A stretch of DNA of 59,074 bases, counting the filler, from Squatina squatina (lineage: Eukaryota): the NCBI GenBank assembly GCA_031763465.1. It is 3 parts of 3 records of this genome, joined end to end, with 100 filler letters (N's around TTAATTAATTAA, not from the genome) between each part and the next. Parts side by side here need not be neighbours in the genome. Positions count along the whole stretch, not along the records: positions 21,874 to 44,963 come from JARFOE010000046.1; 2 more parts are not named here. One strand, given 5' to 3'. Made by a program: the position numbers and the translations under genes. Every line of letters begins with the position of its first letter. Position 1 is the stretch's first letter. Positions 21,874 through 35,667 of the stretch are shown here, in pieces. The notes under the pieces are model-generated. The model saw only the letters and a program-made list of their open reading frames with translations, searched no databases and had not been told where the DNA came from.

Positions 21874-24800
21874 GAAACAAACATAAATTAGAACACAGAG
21901 ATAAAAGTTGCATCTGCAGTTTCTTTATAACTAGCTTTTCCTTTTCCTGCCCCCCACTCTTATACAGGCATGTCTGAAAACTCGATTGCCTCAGAATTAA
22001 GGAGGCAGTTACCCAAAGTAAACTGTTATAGAAGCTGTAAAAAAAGAGTTTCTCTTGTGCATCAAATTGTGAAAATATATGTCTCCAGGTAAATTTTTAG
22101 AAGTAACGAACAGTAAAATGGAGACTGAAGTCAGGCAGTGAGAAATGGGGCAAATTGATTGATCTGATAATTAAACAGATAAAGGAGTGAGGTTTGTTTT
22201 AGTAGAGGTTCAAAGTGCACGTGTAGAAAACCTTGGCAGGTGCGAGATACAGATGGTGTGTGTCAAATTGCCCAATGGCTCTTCATACAATGTATTTCAT
22301 CTTGGAAGATGAAACCTGCCTTTAAGACCTAGAAATTGTACAAGCTGCTGGTGGGGGAGGGGCAGGGTGGGGGAGAAAGAGAGNNNNNNNNNNNNNNNNN
22401 NNNNNNNNNNNNNNNNNNNNNNNNNNNNNNNNNNNNNNNNNNNNNNNNNNNNNNNNNNNNNNNNNNNNNNNNNNNNNNNNNNNNNNNNNNNNNNNNNNNN
22501 NNNNNNNNNNNNNNNNNNNNNNNNNNNNNNNNNNNNNNNNNNNNNNNNNNNNNNNNNNNNNNNNNNNNNNNNNNNNNNNNNNNNNNNNNNNNNNNNNNNN
22601 NNNNNNNNNNNNNNNNNNNNNNNNNNNNNNNNNNNNNNNNNNNNNNNNNNNNNNNNNNNNNNNNNNNNNNNNNNNNNNNNNNNNNNNNNNNNNNNNNNNN
22701 NNNNNNNNNNNNNNNNNNNNNNNNNNNNNNNNNNNNNNNNNNNNNNNNNNNNNNNNNNNNNNNNNNNNNNNNNNNNNNNNNNNNNNNNNNNNNNNNNNNN
22801 NNNNNNNNNNNNNNNNNNNNNNNNNNNNNNNNNNNNNNNNNNNNNNNNNNNNNNNNNNNNNNNNNNNNNNNNNNNNNNNNNNNNNNNNNNNNNNNNNNNN
22901 NNNNNNNNNNNNNNNNNNNNNNNNNNNNNNNNNNNNNNNNNNNNNNNNNNNNNNNNNNNNNNNNNNNNNNNNNNNNNNNNNNNNNNNNNNNNNNNNNNNN
23001 NNNNNNNNNNNNNNNNNNNNNNNNNNNNNNNNNNNNNNNNNNNNNNNNNNNNNNNNNNNNNNNNNNNNNNNNNNNNNNNNNNNNNNNNNNNNNNNNNNNN
23101 NNNNNNNNNNNNNNNNNNNNNNNNNNNNNNNNNNNNNNNNNNNNNNNNNNNNNNNNNNNNNNCCCGCAAACCGGTGGGTATGAAGTGGTTCCACCCGGGG
23201 GAATGGCAGTGTTGCAGAGGAGATAGGACTTGTCCCCTCTCAGGATGACAGATACGTATTTACTGCCTTTTGGAGCAGAGAAAAGTGGGCATCACACATT
23301 GTCTCTGATGCTTTACAGCATAACTAAAAGGATAATTGTTAATCCATCTGGAATACATGAGCTCGCAAGTTTTGGTTCACAAGAGACTTAGTTGCTTATA
23401 GAAACTGCCTTTCTCCTGCAAATGCAAGTTAACAGTGTTGGAAGAAAACCAGAATCATAACAAAAAGATTTAACAAAATACAAAATTTAGCTATTATTCC
23501 ATACACACTCCGATGTGAAACAACCATTATACCAGGAGATGTTCCAGTTCTATTTCCACTAGCAAAAGCCCTGGGTTAACTATGAACTAGAGAAACAGGT
23601 AGCAAGAAATAGGCCATTTAAGTTAATAAGAAAAGTATACCATCACACAGATGTTATGGTGAAGTGAAAAATTAATTTGTAGACATCTGTACTACATAGG
23701 TTTCAAGAATGCCCTCTTTTGAAAGGAACACAGCATATGATAAGATGGCCGCGTTTTCATACACTATCAAATCATTAAAGAGACAGCTTAGTGTTGATGG
23801 ACTCTTAAGTGGACACGTGCAGCAGATCCATTTTCAAAATGGACCAAGGACAACAAGAAAGATGTTTACGGTGAAATCCAGTACTTTTTTCCCCCCAAAT
23901 AATCCTGGTTTTAGACATTAATTTGTATTGTTGAGGTTAGGCTTAGTTAACTTATTGGTAACAGATACAATATGAAGGGGGGCTGGAAATCACATTGCAG
24001 ACAATACATTCTAATGTTGCACCAATGCACTTAAATCATCGCCTCAAACTACTTCCATTACCAGTGACATACCTGTGACCAGCAGTACTTCAACCGATTA
24101 TATACTGCCTTCAGATAAAATCTACATTTGAAAGGGCAAAATCTAGAACTGCACTACTGAATGTTTTCCACAGTTTGAATGGGCATTGCGTAAAGGTTTC
24201 ACATGTCCAACCATGACGCTTGATTGAAATTGGACTGACAAGTGGGCAGTGCAAGTTCAAGCTGCTTAAAAACCCACAATCGTTTGCAGAATTCTCTTAA
24301 CTCTCATTTATTAATGAAAACAATGTCTAGCATTAGGTGTGGTGAAAAAAAGTTTTGTTGTAGTTCTATGACATTTTGGCTTAAGTGAGACACACATATA
24401 GATTGTATTCTGTCCACTTGAGACACAAGTTTCTTGCAAAGTTTTATTCAGACCTGACCAAATATTACGTTACTTTAGAAACAAGTTATTGTCGTATTCA
24501 AATCCTCCCACTTCTACAGCAGTAGTATATGCTAAAAGTGATAAATGTGATAGAAGTTTTTTAAAAAGTTAAGAACTCCATTTTATCCCATAATAATTTG
24601 AACATTTTTCAAATATAACACTATCAAAATGTTTGTATAATTGAATTTTACAGATTGATTATAGCAAACATCTTCAACTCAAAAGGGAAAGTGGTATACA
24701 TTTGCTCTTCACTAGCTTTCTAATGCAGTCTACTGCATGTCAGACAAGAAAAAGGAAGCCAAGGATAACTGGGACTGAATATCAAATACTTAGAGGTTTC

Positions 24801-27800
24801 ACCTGAGCTAAGCAATATGTTCTGCAGACAAAGTATCATTAATACCAGTAGCAAAAGCACAAGTATGGCACGGTGCATTACCATAGATTTTGGAACACAA
24901 TATTCAGTTCTGAAAAATCCAACTTTAACGGGTCTTTCCTTTTCAAAGGCTGACTGGAAGATACATTACCAGTATCTTCCCTGATCACAAAAAAAGCCCT
25001 GCTTTTTCTTTTGGCTCTTTCAAGAGTTAGCATTATCAACAGTTAGGGAGGGAAGTCGATTAAGTTCTGCACAGGGATCACCCAAGATTTTGTCTTCATG
25101 AACCACATAGGTGCGTAACAATGAGGCTTGGGGGCCCTGTATAAAGTTTAAATCCATGATCCCATTAATTTGAAGAGAACTTAGGTTGCTGATACCATCA
25201 GATCTTGGCATTCTGATTTAGGATTGACCTAACAGTGAGGCAATAGCGCTAAAGAGAGCACTTTGCAAAACTCCAGGCCCACAAAATTCAAACAGGACAA
25301 ACCATCAAATGATAAATACAAGCACAAATATAAACAGGTTTGTCTGGGCTTCAAAGGCCTGGGCTTCAAAGGCCAGGGCTTAGGGAAAGCAGTTTAGACA
25401 TCCATGGCCTTTTGGAGAGGATGAGTACTGATGGGCATCTTTAACCTGTTTGTAACTAATTATTTGGAGTCCTGATAACCACCCTGTGATCTAATGTAAA
25501 TTCTATAACAGGTTGCCCTGCTAAGACCAGGTCTGAATAGGTTTAAGGTTGTAATCAGCCTATTTCGTTACCGAGACTCTCACTACAAATCATTTTATTC
25601 GATATGATCTTTTGATGTTATGGGTGCCTGACTGTTAGAAATTTGTTTATTATTGCTGCAATATTGATGTCCTACTTTGTATCGTGCAATCTCAACTTTT
25701 TTTTTTTATAATTGCTTTATTTGCACCTCCTTTCCTCACATACATACAGCTTTCGCTATGCAATTCCAACATTCCAAAAACAGACTTTAGAAGAAGCACA
25801 TAATGAGTTGCTTCGTTTTCTCCCTTTGATCTATTAGATCTTCTTACACAGGACATTGAATAAAGGCACCAGCTCCTGATGACAGTTAATGGAGTGCAAC
25901 AGAAAAATTAAATACCCATTAAAATCCAGTTAAAACCTCCTGTTCTCAACTCTATTCCACTATGAAAAAAATACAATCTCAACAAAGGAGTAAAAGTTGT
26001 TATTCTCTGGGGAAGGCAATTTTATTCATTAAGAGGTCTATTTAAGGACACAATTCATTCCAAATCATTGTTTTTGAAACCATGTACTGCATTCTGCATC
26101 GAGCAAACCAAAAAACTATATGTGTAGCTTGGCTTGCAACCAAACCATTCAAAAATAACTTTTTTTTTAGAAAGGTGGAAAAGTAGTTGTATTCTTCCTT
26201 TCCCATGTTTTGCATGGCTCTCATTCCTTGCCCTACCCAGAATCCCTGTGACCTNNNNNNNNNNNNNNNNNNNNNNNNNNNNNNNNNNNNNNNNNNNNNN
26301 NNNNNNNNNNNNNNNNNNNNNNNNNNNNNNNNNNNNNNNNNNNNNNNNNNNNNNCGTTATTGTCTAGAGACATCTGTACCGCATTGGGCCGTTAGTATTT
26401 ACATGTTTCTACTCCTTCGCCCTCTCTTCCAAATAATGAGTTGGATTTCATATTCTGCAGAAAACACAATCACGACCATTTTGTCAAAGAAGTGGCTTCA
26501 ATTTGGAAATGACCATATCAGTAAAATGGGCTTGCTTTGGCAGGCAGGCTATTACCAATGTCATCAAGTATGCTGAAAGGCAGATGAAGGACAAAAACTG
26601 TACTATATTAATGATCACTTATGGGAATGCTGAAATGGCTTTATGTGTTGGAAGACTAGTGTAGCAAACAAAATGTTGCAGCTAAAATATTTAGTGGTAT
26701 TATTTCTATACATTTTAAATGACTGTTACATTATCTTTCAGGACCAGCAAATAGTTCTAAAAAGACAAAGTCGACACTGTTACTTCATCCTTTTGTATTA
26801 CAGAGCACCTAAAGTGGATAGCCCCTTTCAAAACAGAAGCCTCTGTAACAGTGCACCACTAAATTATTAATAGCATCAACACCGTCCAGGTTCATTAACT
26901 TTTAAAGCAGACAGCCAAGGATAAGGGAAGCATGTGAGGAAGAATACACTGGGGGAAGAGATCAGGATCAGAAGGTGAAGCAGCAGGGTAGTACAAGGCC
27001 AGCCGCCAATATTTTATCTCTCATCATGGAGGCATTTCTGGCTATCTTGTTCTTTCATATACAGACTCACTTTACTGTAAATCAAACACGCTTGTAAATA
27101 ATTAGCTATGCCATAGTATATTTGGTACAAGGGGGAGACTCCATTCACAGGAATGAAATTTTAATAGTCAGTCAACCATTCCACAGCACNNNNNNNNNNN
27201 NNNNNNNNNNNNNNNNNNNNNNNNNNNNNNNNNNNNNNNNNNNNNNNNNNNNNNNNNNNNNNNNNNNNNNNNNNNNNNNNNNNNNNNNNCTGACACTTCA
27301 AGGGTCCACTTTTGTTTGTATATGAACACTGTGAGGCGCTGTAGCTCTTTGTCTCTTTTGTGTTTCTCTCAGCTTGCGCTGAACCTGACCCCAATTGCTG
27401 CAGATTTTCTCAAATCTCAGGGTTTAAAATGACAGACATGTGTAATGAAGTCACACTCCAGACAGGAGGCCAAGAAAAACATCCTGCTGTCCAATACTAA
27501 ATTATTATAGAACAGGGGAGGAAACTGGTAAAATATTTCCTGTGTCCTACAGCTCCAACGACCATTAAAACTAGAAATAGAACGATAGTACCCCCTCAGC
27601 AACAGTAAATTATTGAGATTTTAAACTAAAACTTTGAAAGGGTTGTGGGATTCCAACACCTGCAATGTGGAAAATCATTTATCTGCATTCTCATTTGTGG
27701 CTCTAAAGTTTATAGCAAAAAGACAAATTGTACATTGCATCTTAAGTGGGCAAGCAACTTCAGGCCACTGGGGGTATCTTAGGAATTTATATCACAGGCC

Positions 27801-27859
27801 AAAGGGTTTCTTCTGCACCATTCCAGACTTGCTATTTCATTTTCTCCCCTTATCCTTTA

Positions 27860-28020
27860 ACTCACACTGGCATATGGTGCCATAGGTGCCCTCCAGTACT
27901 TCACTCAAGTGGGCAATTCTCACGCGAGTTAGAGAATGCATGTCAGCAAGCAGGAGTATCACAATCCTGTACTCAGCCGACGTATGCACCTGCGCATTTT
28001 CCAGCAGGGTTACTGGATAT
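27860..28020 (-). mobile_element. Old tRNA-derived SINE family fragment (unassigned)
   Basis: CCAGTACTTCACTCAAGTGG...TTCCAGCAGGGTTACTGGATA resembles the fragments at 29755-29912, 39170-39480 and 54245-54440. Confidence 0.5.
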
Positions 28021-28045
28021 CTCACAGGGGCAGTGCATCTCCTAC

Positions 28046-28228
28046 TCTAGAAAGACTTTCATTTATATAATGCCTTTCATGACCACCGAACGTCCCACAG
28101 CAAATGAAGTACTTTTTGGAGTGTAGTCACTGTTGTAATGTAGGAAACGTGGCAGCCAATGTGTGCACAGCAAGCTCCCACAAGCAGCAATGTGATGCTG
28201 ACCAGATAGTCTGTTTCTGTTGTGTTGG
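28046..28228 (-). mobile_element. DeuSINE-type SINE (SacSINE1-like) 3' half
   Basis: GCCTTTCATGACC...ATGAAGTACTTTTTGGAGTGTAGTCACTGTTGTAATGTAGGAAACGTGGCAGCCAAT...CACAGCAAGCTCCCACAA...TGACCAGATA. Confidence 0.8.
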
Positions 28229-30012
28229 NNNNNNNNNNNNNNNNNNNNNNNNNNNNNNNNNNNNNNNNNNNNNNNNNNNNNNNNNNNNNNNNNNNNNNNN
28301 NNNNNNNNNNNNNNNNNNNNNNNNNNNNTGGTAGATGGGGCAGTACCACATCTGGCGTATCTAAGGGACACATATCCCTCCATTCATGGTATGCTGGGGG
28401 TGATTGATGTGCTTTTGGCCAAACTATGGCTGGAGTCTGATTTAGATGGGTAAAAAAGAAGCCGGACTTTTAATACTGTTGCAGTATGATGCATTGGATA
28501 AGAATGGCTTCAATGCTGATGGAGCAAATCTTCCTGGAAATATTAAGGCATGTTACTGACGCCTTCCGTTATTAATGTGAAAATGGACCAGCAAGTTCAG
28601 GGGATTAAGAGCTATGGCGTGAGTTGCGAATCTCCAGAACTTGCTGGTCGATTTTTGCCGCTCCACTGTTTGCTTCGCACAAACAGCATCTCGCCCTCAA
28701 CCTCCCCATTATTTTTAAGAACATGCTGGACTTATACATTAATTTCCCATTAAACTCACCACAGAAAGTTAGGGTTCATAACTAATAGTCTAAGTACCTT
28801 TATAATGACAACAATTGTTAATGCAATGTCAATCGATCTCTCNNNNNNNNNNNNNNNNNNNNNNNNNNNNNNNNNNNNNNNNNNNNNNNNNNNNNNNNNN
28901 NNNNNNNNNNNNNNNNNNNNNNNNNNNNNNNNNNNNNNNNNNCCTTAATGCGACATTAGTCAGAGGATCCCCTTCAGTCCACTCACTCGAGGGAACAAGG
29001 CCCTCCCTCTGTTGATCTTGTCTTGATATATCAACATTGAGAATTTGGTGGGGGAAAGTGGCAATGCAAAAGTGTGACCAGCGCAACGGAATCTCCTTTC
29101 TGTGGAAGTCGAAGGGGATCCCACGGCTCATTATAACCCTAGGGTTTCCAGTTCGGCTGAAATGCAAGTTTTCAGACCTGTATACGAGAAGCAACCGCCA
29201 TCCTAAACTATCTTTCACCAGCCAGGTTTCAAATTGATGGAAAACAGCAGAAGACAGACCTGGGTTGCCGCATTAACAGTTCCAGCCTAACCTTTTTTGG
29301 CTGACTTTCGATCGAGTTGATACTACTACATTCACTGCTCCACTGAACTCTCTTGTTCCTTCTAAGCTCCAAATAGATGATACTACATTCGATTTCTCCT
29401 CCCAGCATCCTCAACGTGCTGACGTCACAGACCCACCACACATTCTATACTTGGAACTCAAAACTGCAGCAGTTCTCACTTTTTTTCAATCTTTCTTTTT
29501 CCTACAATCTACAGGCTTATAAAACTGAAGCTTAGCATCACATTGGCACTATTTCCTGATTTACTTTGTCTCTTTTTTTTTCACACTTTTCAACATTGCT
29601 GGTGCCTCTGCTATGGAACTTGGTCCTTCACTTGTGTTTCTTAATAAAATGCTGCAGTGAGACCACCTCATCAATGCTGCATTTACACTCTACACCAGTG
29701 AACACTCAACCACATGCTTAAAATAAAAAAATGATCTGATTCTGCATATATCAACTTCCCCCATCTCTCCTGAAGGTGCTGAGTTTTGCTGGGATGCAGT
29801 TCCATGGGCACCGACTGCCCTTTGCCACCTCATCTGTGGCCATTTGTCATATCTGAGCCTCAACAGTGAAGCATAGATCTTCCTCTTGGCTATAGTGCCA
29901 ATGGGAATACGGNNNNNNNNNNNNNNNNNNNNNNNNNNNNNNNNNNNNNNNNNNNNNNNNNNNNNNNNNNNNNNNNNNNNNNNNNNNNNNNNNNNNNNNN
30001 NNNNNNNNNNNN

Positions 30013-30045
30013 GGTATCATCCTTGTGAATCTTTTTTGCACTGAA
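30013..30045 (-). mobile_element. CR1 ORF2 fragment abutting gap
   Basis: Translates SVQKRFTRMIP, a typical CR1 post-RT motif. Confidence 0.6.
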
Positions 30046-31714
30046 TAGTGTGTAAGGAGGCTGTGTTTCACCAGGATTCCAATCTCAGATCTCTACACAC
30101 TCAACTGAGTGCTTCCAGACACTAACAAAAGGCATTACGTGGCTCAGTTAGTGCAGCATCATTGAGCTAAGCAATGTTTTATTTTTGCTAAACATAGGGA
30201 TGTGTCATTTCTATCAGTTGCCTGCAGCACCAGCTTGAAAGGCAGACCCAATTTTAGCAGTTGTCATTCCCCAAGTGCAAGGCTGCATTGATTGTACTCA
30301 TACACCTCCATGCATTTACCTAAAGGCAACTTTATTTCCTTTGTCAAAGTAGGGGTTACTGATTCCTCAATGTACATATGGTTTGAGGCCACCAGCAGCA
30401 AAAAAAACTATGCAAGTGAACGCTTGTTTTCCAGTGATTGCTTACAATGAAGTATGAATCCACAGCACAAGACTGTTCCTAATTTGACACTAAAAATGTC
30501 AGTCACAGAAGTGACTGGCATGGGAAATGGAAACCCCAATTGGTACAGTCGGGGTGCAGGTCTGAGGTTGGGGCTGGGCCTGAGGGAGGTGTTTGGAGCA
30601 GAGTTGAGGGAACTTTGCTCTGCATCTAACTTTGATATACCCAGCATTGTTTTAATTCTTCAAAAAAGCTCATTTTTAGTTTTAAGGGTTAATTTAGTGA
30701 TCCAGTAGAGCCAACGGGGTGTTTCATCTGATGGGAACACAGGATGGCAATGCTGCATCATGTCTTTGACCTATTCTCCCGTTGAGTAAGCTCCCTGCTG
30801 GGAGAGCAGGACCGTTGAATTTACGCATTAGTCTCCTTTTTACCTCAAACTTCACTGTCATTTTTTATTATCTTTAGGGGGTAAAAAATATTTAGTCATA
30901 AATTTAATTTCTGCTTTCCATGTTTTTGTTCTTGACATGTCAAAAATGTCACAATCGCTGTTTCACTTCTTGTGCAACTCACAACACCACAAAGAATACT
31001 GAGAGATAATAAACTGTGGCTTGAACACTGACTGAGACTTTATTCATCCCTTTCAATTTCTAACATCTGTTCCAAACATTGTACACAGCGAGGGGCGAAT
31101 CTCAGCTGCGCTGTCAGTGTGAGACATAGTGAAGGTTCAGTGCTTCAACGGGTGAGTTATGCTGTGCCATATGAACGTGGTCACACTAGAGACCGGTGTC
31201 CTAAAGATGAACTTAAGAATTAAAATTAGCAGAGATAAAATGAATATTTTAAAGTGACATGATTAAGTATATCTATTGCACAGTCTTTTGTGTTGGGGAA
31301 AAAAGTGAGGCAGGGGACTAATTAAAACAAAATGCACAATAGTTACTATTCATATGTATCTGGGATTTTTCTAAATAATCATTTTTAAGGCAGGTTTTTG
31401 TTTTCCCTTCCCTCCCCACTCCCTGCCCCAGTTGTCCTTTGATGAGTAGTAATGCTTTATAATAGTGACAAAAGGATGTTAATAAAATATATTAGGCAAC
31501 ATGACTGGTTGGCTGTTGGACCAGTAGCACACGGTACCATGGAGTAGTAGGATGTAGTTTTATGCTTGTGAAGTCTNNNNNNNNNNNNNNNNNNNNNNNN
31601 NNNNNNNNNNNNNNNNNNNNNNNNNNNNNNNNNNNNNNNNNNNNNNNNNNNNNNNNNNNNNNNNNNNNNNNNNNNNGAGCAGGCGGAGGATGGTGACGAA
31701 TTTTTGCAGGCGCA

Positions 31715-31845
31715 CCCCCCATTCCTATCCCAATCCACTGAGGTCAATTGTAGAGTCTGCTCTGGCTGTGATCAGTGAACTCAGCACAGACTGGGGGTTT
31801 GATCAATGACCTTTCTGGCCTATATAGCTCAGTACCACCGATTCC
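31715..31845 (-). mobile_element. Old tRNA-derived SINE, 5' part
   Basis: GATCAGTGAACTCAGCACAGACTGGGG...GACCTTTCTGG is similar to 36790-36955 and 39340-39470, and in reverse to 46615-46790. Confidence 0.55.
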
Positions 31846-32339
31846 TACATTTCAACCTCGGAGTCATTTTTGTTTTGCTAAAAGGCAAACGATTTAATAT
31901 TTACACTGCACAATAATTGTTCTAATGTGTTAATTGGAAACCCAGTGTTAACCCACCCCCCCCTTAAATAAATAAACAATGAATATCCTGTATAGTTTAA
32001 CCAGTGTTGACAGCTCCAATAAGTAAAACATTGGGTGAAAAAGGAAATTTGTCACTTGACTATGAAAAAGGGTTTAGTTTGTGTCTCCTCAAGGCGTTTC
32101 CGCTGAAAAGCTCTGAAATGTGACACTGGCACTTCTCCATTTTCTCTCTTTCATTCATAATCTGTGTTTCTTTTTCTCCAGTGNNNNNNNNNNNNNNNNN
32201 NNNNNNNNNNNNNNNNNNNNNNNNNNNNNNNNNNNNNNNNNNNNNNNNNNNNNNNNNNNNNNNNNNNNNNNNNNNNNNNNNNNACTGACCAAAGCAGTGT
32301 GTCTGTTTGAAAAATGAGCAGCTTTATGGGCTAAGATGG

Positions 32340-32917
32340 GCTGAGGGTTGATTGCTGGCCATTAGATAGTTTGTGTAATTGGCCTGCTGAAATGTGTCTA
32401 ACTAAAGTAGCGCCCATGAAGGAGTGATTAGCGCTCAAATTAGCACGAGTTTTTAAGCTGCCAGAAATTATTTTCCAAAGACACCAAATCCACGATTTAA
32501 AGGGGCAGCGCTAAATGGGTGCTGAAATGACAGGGTTTGGTCCCATAGGGCTACAAATTATTATAAAAGATCAATTAGGCGCCATGTGAGTTTTTATTTT
32601 TGTGGTCCCAGGAGAAGTAGCCGTGGTCCTTCTATGCCCACAAAAAACAAACTCTGGCCCTCCCCAGCATCACCTACCTCCCCAAGACCCAACCTGCTGG
32701 CCAGCTCAGCGTAGGAGTAGCCCAATTTCCCACCATCCCACAACCGGCTTTGACCTGCTAGCCAGATATTATGTATCCCCCATTAGGCAGCTCCCAAAGT
32801 TACACTAGCAGCTATGAATAGTTATTCAAATGAACTGACCCCCAAAAATATTGGTTATTTTTGTGCCAACAGCTAACCAGAAAAGTCCAAACTTAGCCTG
32901 GTGTGGAAATTTGCCCC
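32340..32917. mobile_element. Degenerate DNA-transposon-like interspersed repeat
   Basis: Repeated TAGCGC/GCGCTA motifs and a terminal GGAAATTTGCCCC similar to other AATT..CCCC termini in the window. Confidence 0.35.
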
Positions 32918-33351
32918 AAACTCTGATTGCCAATATGAACTGGGAATAAATAAAACACAGCTACAGGTTCTTAATACCAACAATTTTTTTTATTTTACCT
33001 GGTAAATAATATGAATTGTTATATTTTGCTGTTCCCTTTTCTAAATTGCTATCTTATTGCACAAATTTATACATTTTACACTAACGATTTTCAGTAGAAT
33101 CCTGAAAGCTCTACGAGGATGGCAGATGTTTATTTGTGTGAAAATATTTTATATAAAGCCATGGAGAAGTTTATGTAAATCGTTGGAGACCCCAACTTCA
33201 CGTCTCTTCAGAGACTCCACAGAAAAAAGATATATTCTGTGAAAAGTGTATATGATGGAAACAAAAGCTTTCAAATTACAACTAGGAATCTTATTCCACT
33301 GTTGAATTAATTATTATTTTATATTAATGCANNNNNNNNNNGTCCAGTAAG

Positions 33352-33572
33352 TATTGGAATTCTCTACCACAGAAGGCAGTGGAGGCCAAGTCGTTAAATA
33401 TATTCAAGCAGGAGATAGATAGATTTCTTAATGCTAAACGGATCAAGGGATATGAGGAGAAAGCGGGAACAGGGTACTGAATTAGACGATCAGCCGTGAT
33501 CATATTGAATGGCGGAGCAGGCCCAAAGGGCCGAATGGCCCACTCCTGCTCCTATTTTCTATGTTTCTATGT
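33352..33572 (+). mobile_element. Relatively young CR1 LINE 3' end
   Basis: Encodes WNSLPQKAVEAKSLNIFKQEIDRFLNAKRIKGYEEKAG (CR1 ORF2 C-terminus), then GAATGGCGGAGCAGGC...GGCCGAATGGCC and a (TTTCTATG)2 tail. Confidence 0.9.
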
Positions 33573-34046
33573 ACCTCATCAGATTGGGAAGGCTTTGAAA
33601 TAACAGGTCTGAGGAACAATTAGGAAAAAAAAAGAGATGCTTTAGTTTAATATTTACAAAGCGAATGAAAGAACGAACAACTGTTCAGTTCAGAGGTGAG
33701 AATCTCATCTCCAGCCTCGGCAGCAAGCAGCCCGCATTTGCCACAGTGAGTGCTCCTATCATGCCATTGTTGTAACCCTAACAACAGGCTCTGAGTCATG
33801 CCAACACTCATGCGATCTGTCAAGCATCCTGAAACTCAGATCTTTTCAAGAGACAGAGTGGTGACAGGATAATAAAACCATGCTTGCCAACGGCAAATTC
33901 TATCGGATTAGCAGCATTATTAACATGCCTTCTTGTGAACACAGATNNNNNNNNNNNNNNNNNNNNNNNNNNNNNNNNNNNNNNNNNNNNNNNNNNNNNN
34001 NNNNNNNNNNNNNNNNNNNNNNNNNNNNNNNNNNNNNNNNNNNNNN

Positions 34047-34510
34047 CCCTCTCCTGGGCCAATTGTACACCACTCCTGCCTTTCTGCGGGAGAGCAGCTT
34101 GGAGCAGATCCATGACTGATGCATCATCCTGTTTAAGGTGGCAGCAATGTTGGCATTCATAGTTTGCACGGCCATGGTCAGGGCCTGCAGGGATTGATTT
34201 GTGTGCCATGATTTAAGTTCCACAGAGGTGGCCAGTCTATCCAGGGAAGACACCTCGCAATGGCCTGTGACATCAATCCTCAAATGCTTGAGCTGGACTC
34301 CTCCATTCATTTGGACAGTGTGCCTGGTAGGACTGCCAGTAACTTGCACATTTGCTGCTGGCCCTCTGTCACTCTCCTTTTAATTGATGGTCCCCCAGGT
34401 TTAGCAACTCTGCCCAGCTGAACAGAGTCTTGGAGAGGACTGCGTCCACTCTCCATAGCTGTCTCTGCCATCATTGTCTGCTCATGCTCACGTGTCAGGT
34501 GCGACTAACC
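34047..34510 (-). mobile_element. Possible relic of the Harbinger accessory (Myb/SANT) ORF
   Basis: A GC-richer block translating ...VSSLDRLATSVELKSWHTNQSLQALTMAVQTMNANIAATLNRM, a coiled-coil-like stretch reminiscent of shark Harbinger second-ORF proteins (recalled). No Myb domain is visible. Confidence 0.3.
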
Positions 34511-35068
34511 AAGTGACATCCCACCTATCTGTCTAATAAGACCCACCAAAATGTGCTTATTTGTGTTAGTGCCTGGTTAAGTGAGTGGCACAGCCTCATA
34601 GAACTGAGATACATCTCCACATCATGAGATTGAAAGACGCCAGTTTCTCAAAGTTACTTTTAGTTGCAGACTGAATGTCTGTCGCTGTACTGAGGGTGTC
34701 AGAGCTAAAGAATCAAAGCCGATGCTTATCAAGGCTAAATCCCATTATGAACATGTTGTCACAATATGGAGCATGGATACGGGTTTGGTAGATTGACAAG
34801 TCACACGATATTTTGTCACATGAGGAAACACATACTGGCAGATAGTGGATCTGAGAGTTTTCTCTTTCTTAAAAATGTAATGTTTTCAAACATGCCTTCA
34901 TCAAGATTGATAGAGATGACAGGGCTGGCGGTGGAATGTTTTCCCACTTTTTACCCAGTGATCGCACANNNNNNNNNNNNNNNNNNNNNNNNNNNNNNNN
35001 NNNNNNNNNNNNNNNNNNNNNNNNNNNNNNNNNNNNNNNNNNNNNNNNNNNNNNNNNNNNNNNNNNNN

Positions 35069-35464
35069 GAGGTGGAATTAGGTGGTCTTAGCTGGGCTGC
35101 GGATATGTGGTCGAAAGCTCATTGATACCAAGGTTGCGAACAGAAATTGGGGAGAGGGATGAAGGCCAAGGAATGGAGCTTGTGGCCGAAAACAATGGCT
35201 TCGGTCTTCCCAATATTCAATTGGAGAAATTTTCTGCTCGTTCAGAACTGGATGTCAGACAAGCGGTCTGACAACTCAGAGACCGTAGAGGGGTCGAGAG
35301 AAGTGGTGGTGAGCTGGGTGTCGTCAGCGTACATGTGGAAACTGAAGCTATGTTTTCGGATAATGTTGCCGAGGGGCAGAATATATGTGAGAAATAGGAG
35401 GGGGTCCAAGGATAGATCCTTGTGGGACACCAGAGGTAACGATGCAAGAGCGGGAAGAGAAGCC
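35069..35464 (-). mobile_element. L2 LINE reverse transcriptase fragment
   Basis: Reads [14 protein letters not shown], then after a frameshift [31 protein letters not shown] (RT motifs, including YADD). Confidence 0.92.
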
Positions 35465-35641
35465 TCGCTCTCCTCCTTTAAGACGCTCCTTAAAACCTGC
35501 CTCTTTGACCAAGCTTTTGGTCACCTGTCCTAATTTCTCCTTATGTGGCTCGGTGTCAAATTCTGTTTGATAACGCTTCTGCAAAGCACCTTGGGATGTT
35601 TTACTATGTAAGGACTCCATATGAATGCAAGTTGTTGCTGT
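35465..35641 (+). mobile_element. L2 LINE 3' end, opposite orientation to the adjacent RT fragment
   Basis: [16 protein letters not shown] (L2 ORF2 C-terminus), followed by a 3'UTR ending AATGCAAGTTGTTGCTG. Confidence 0.85.
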
Positions 35642-35667
35642 TTATTGGTTATAATGGAATGAGCCTT

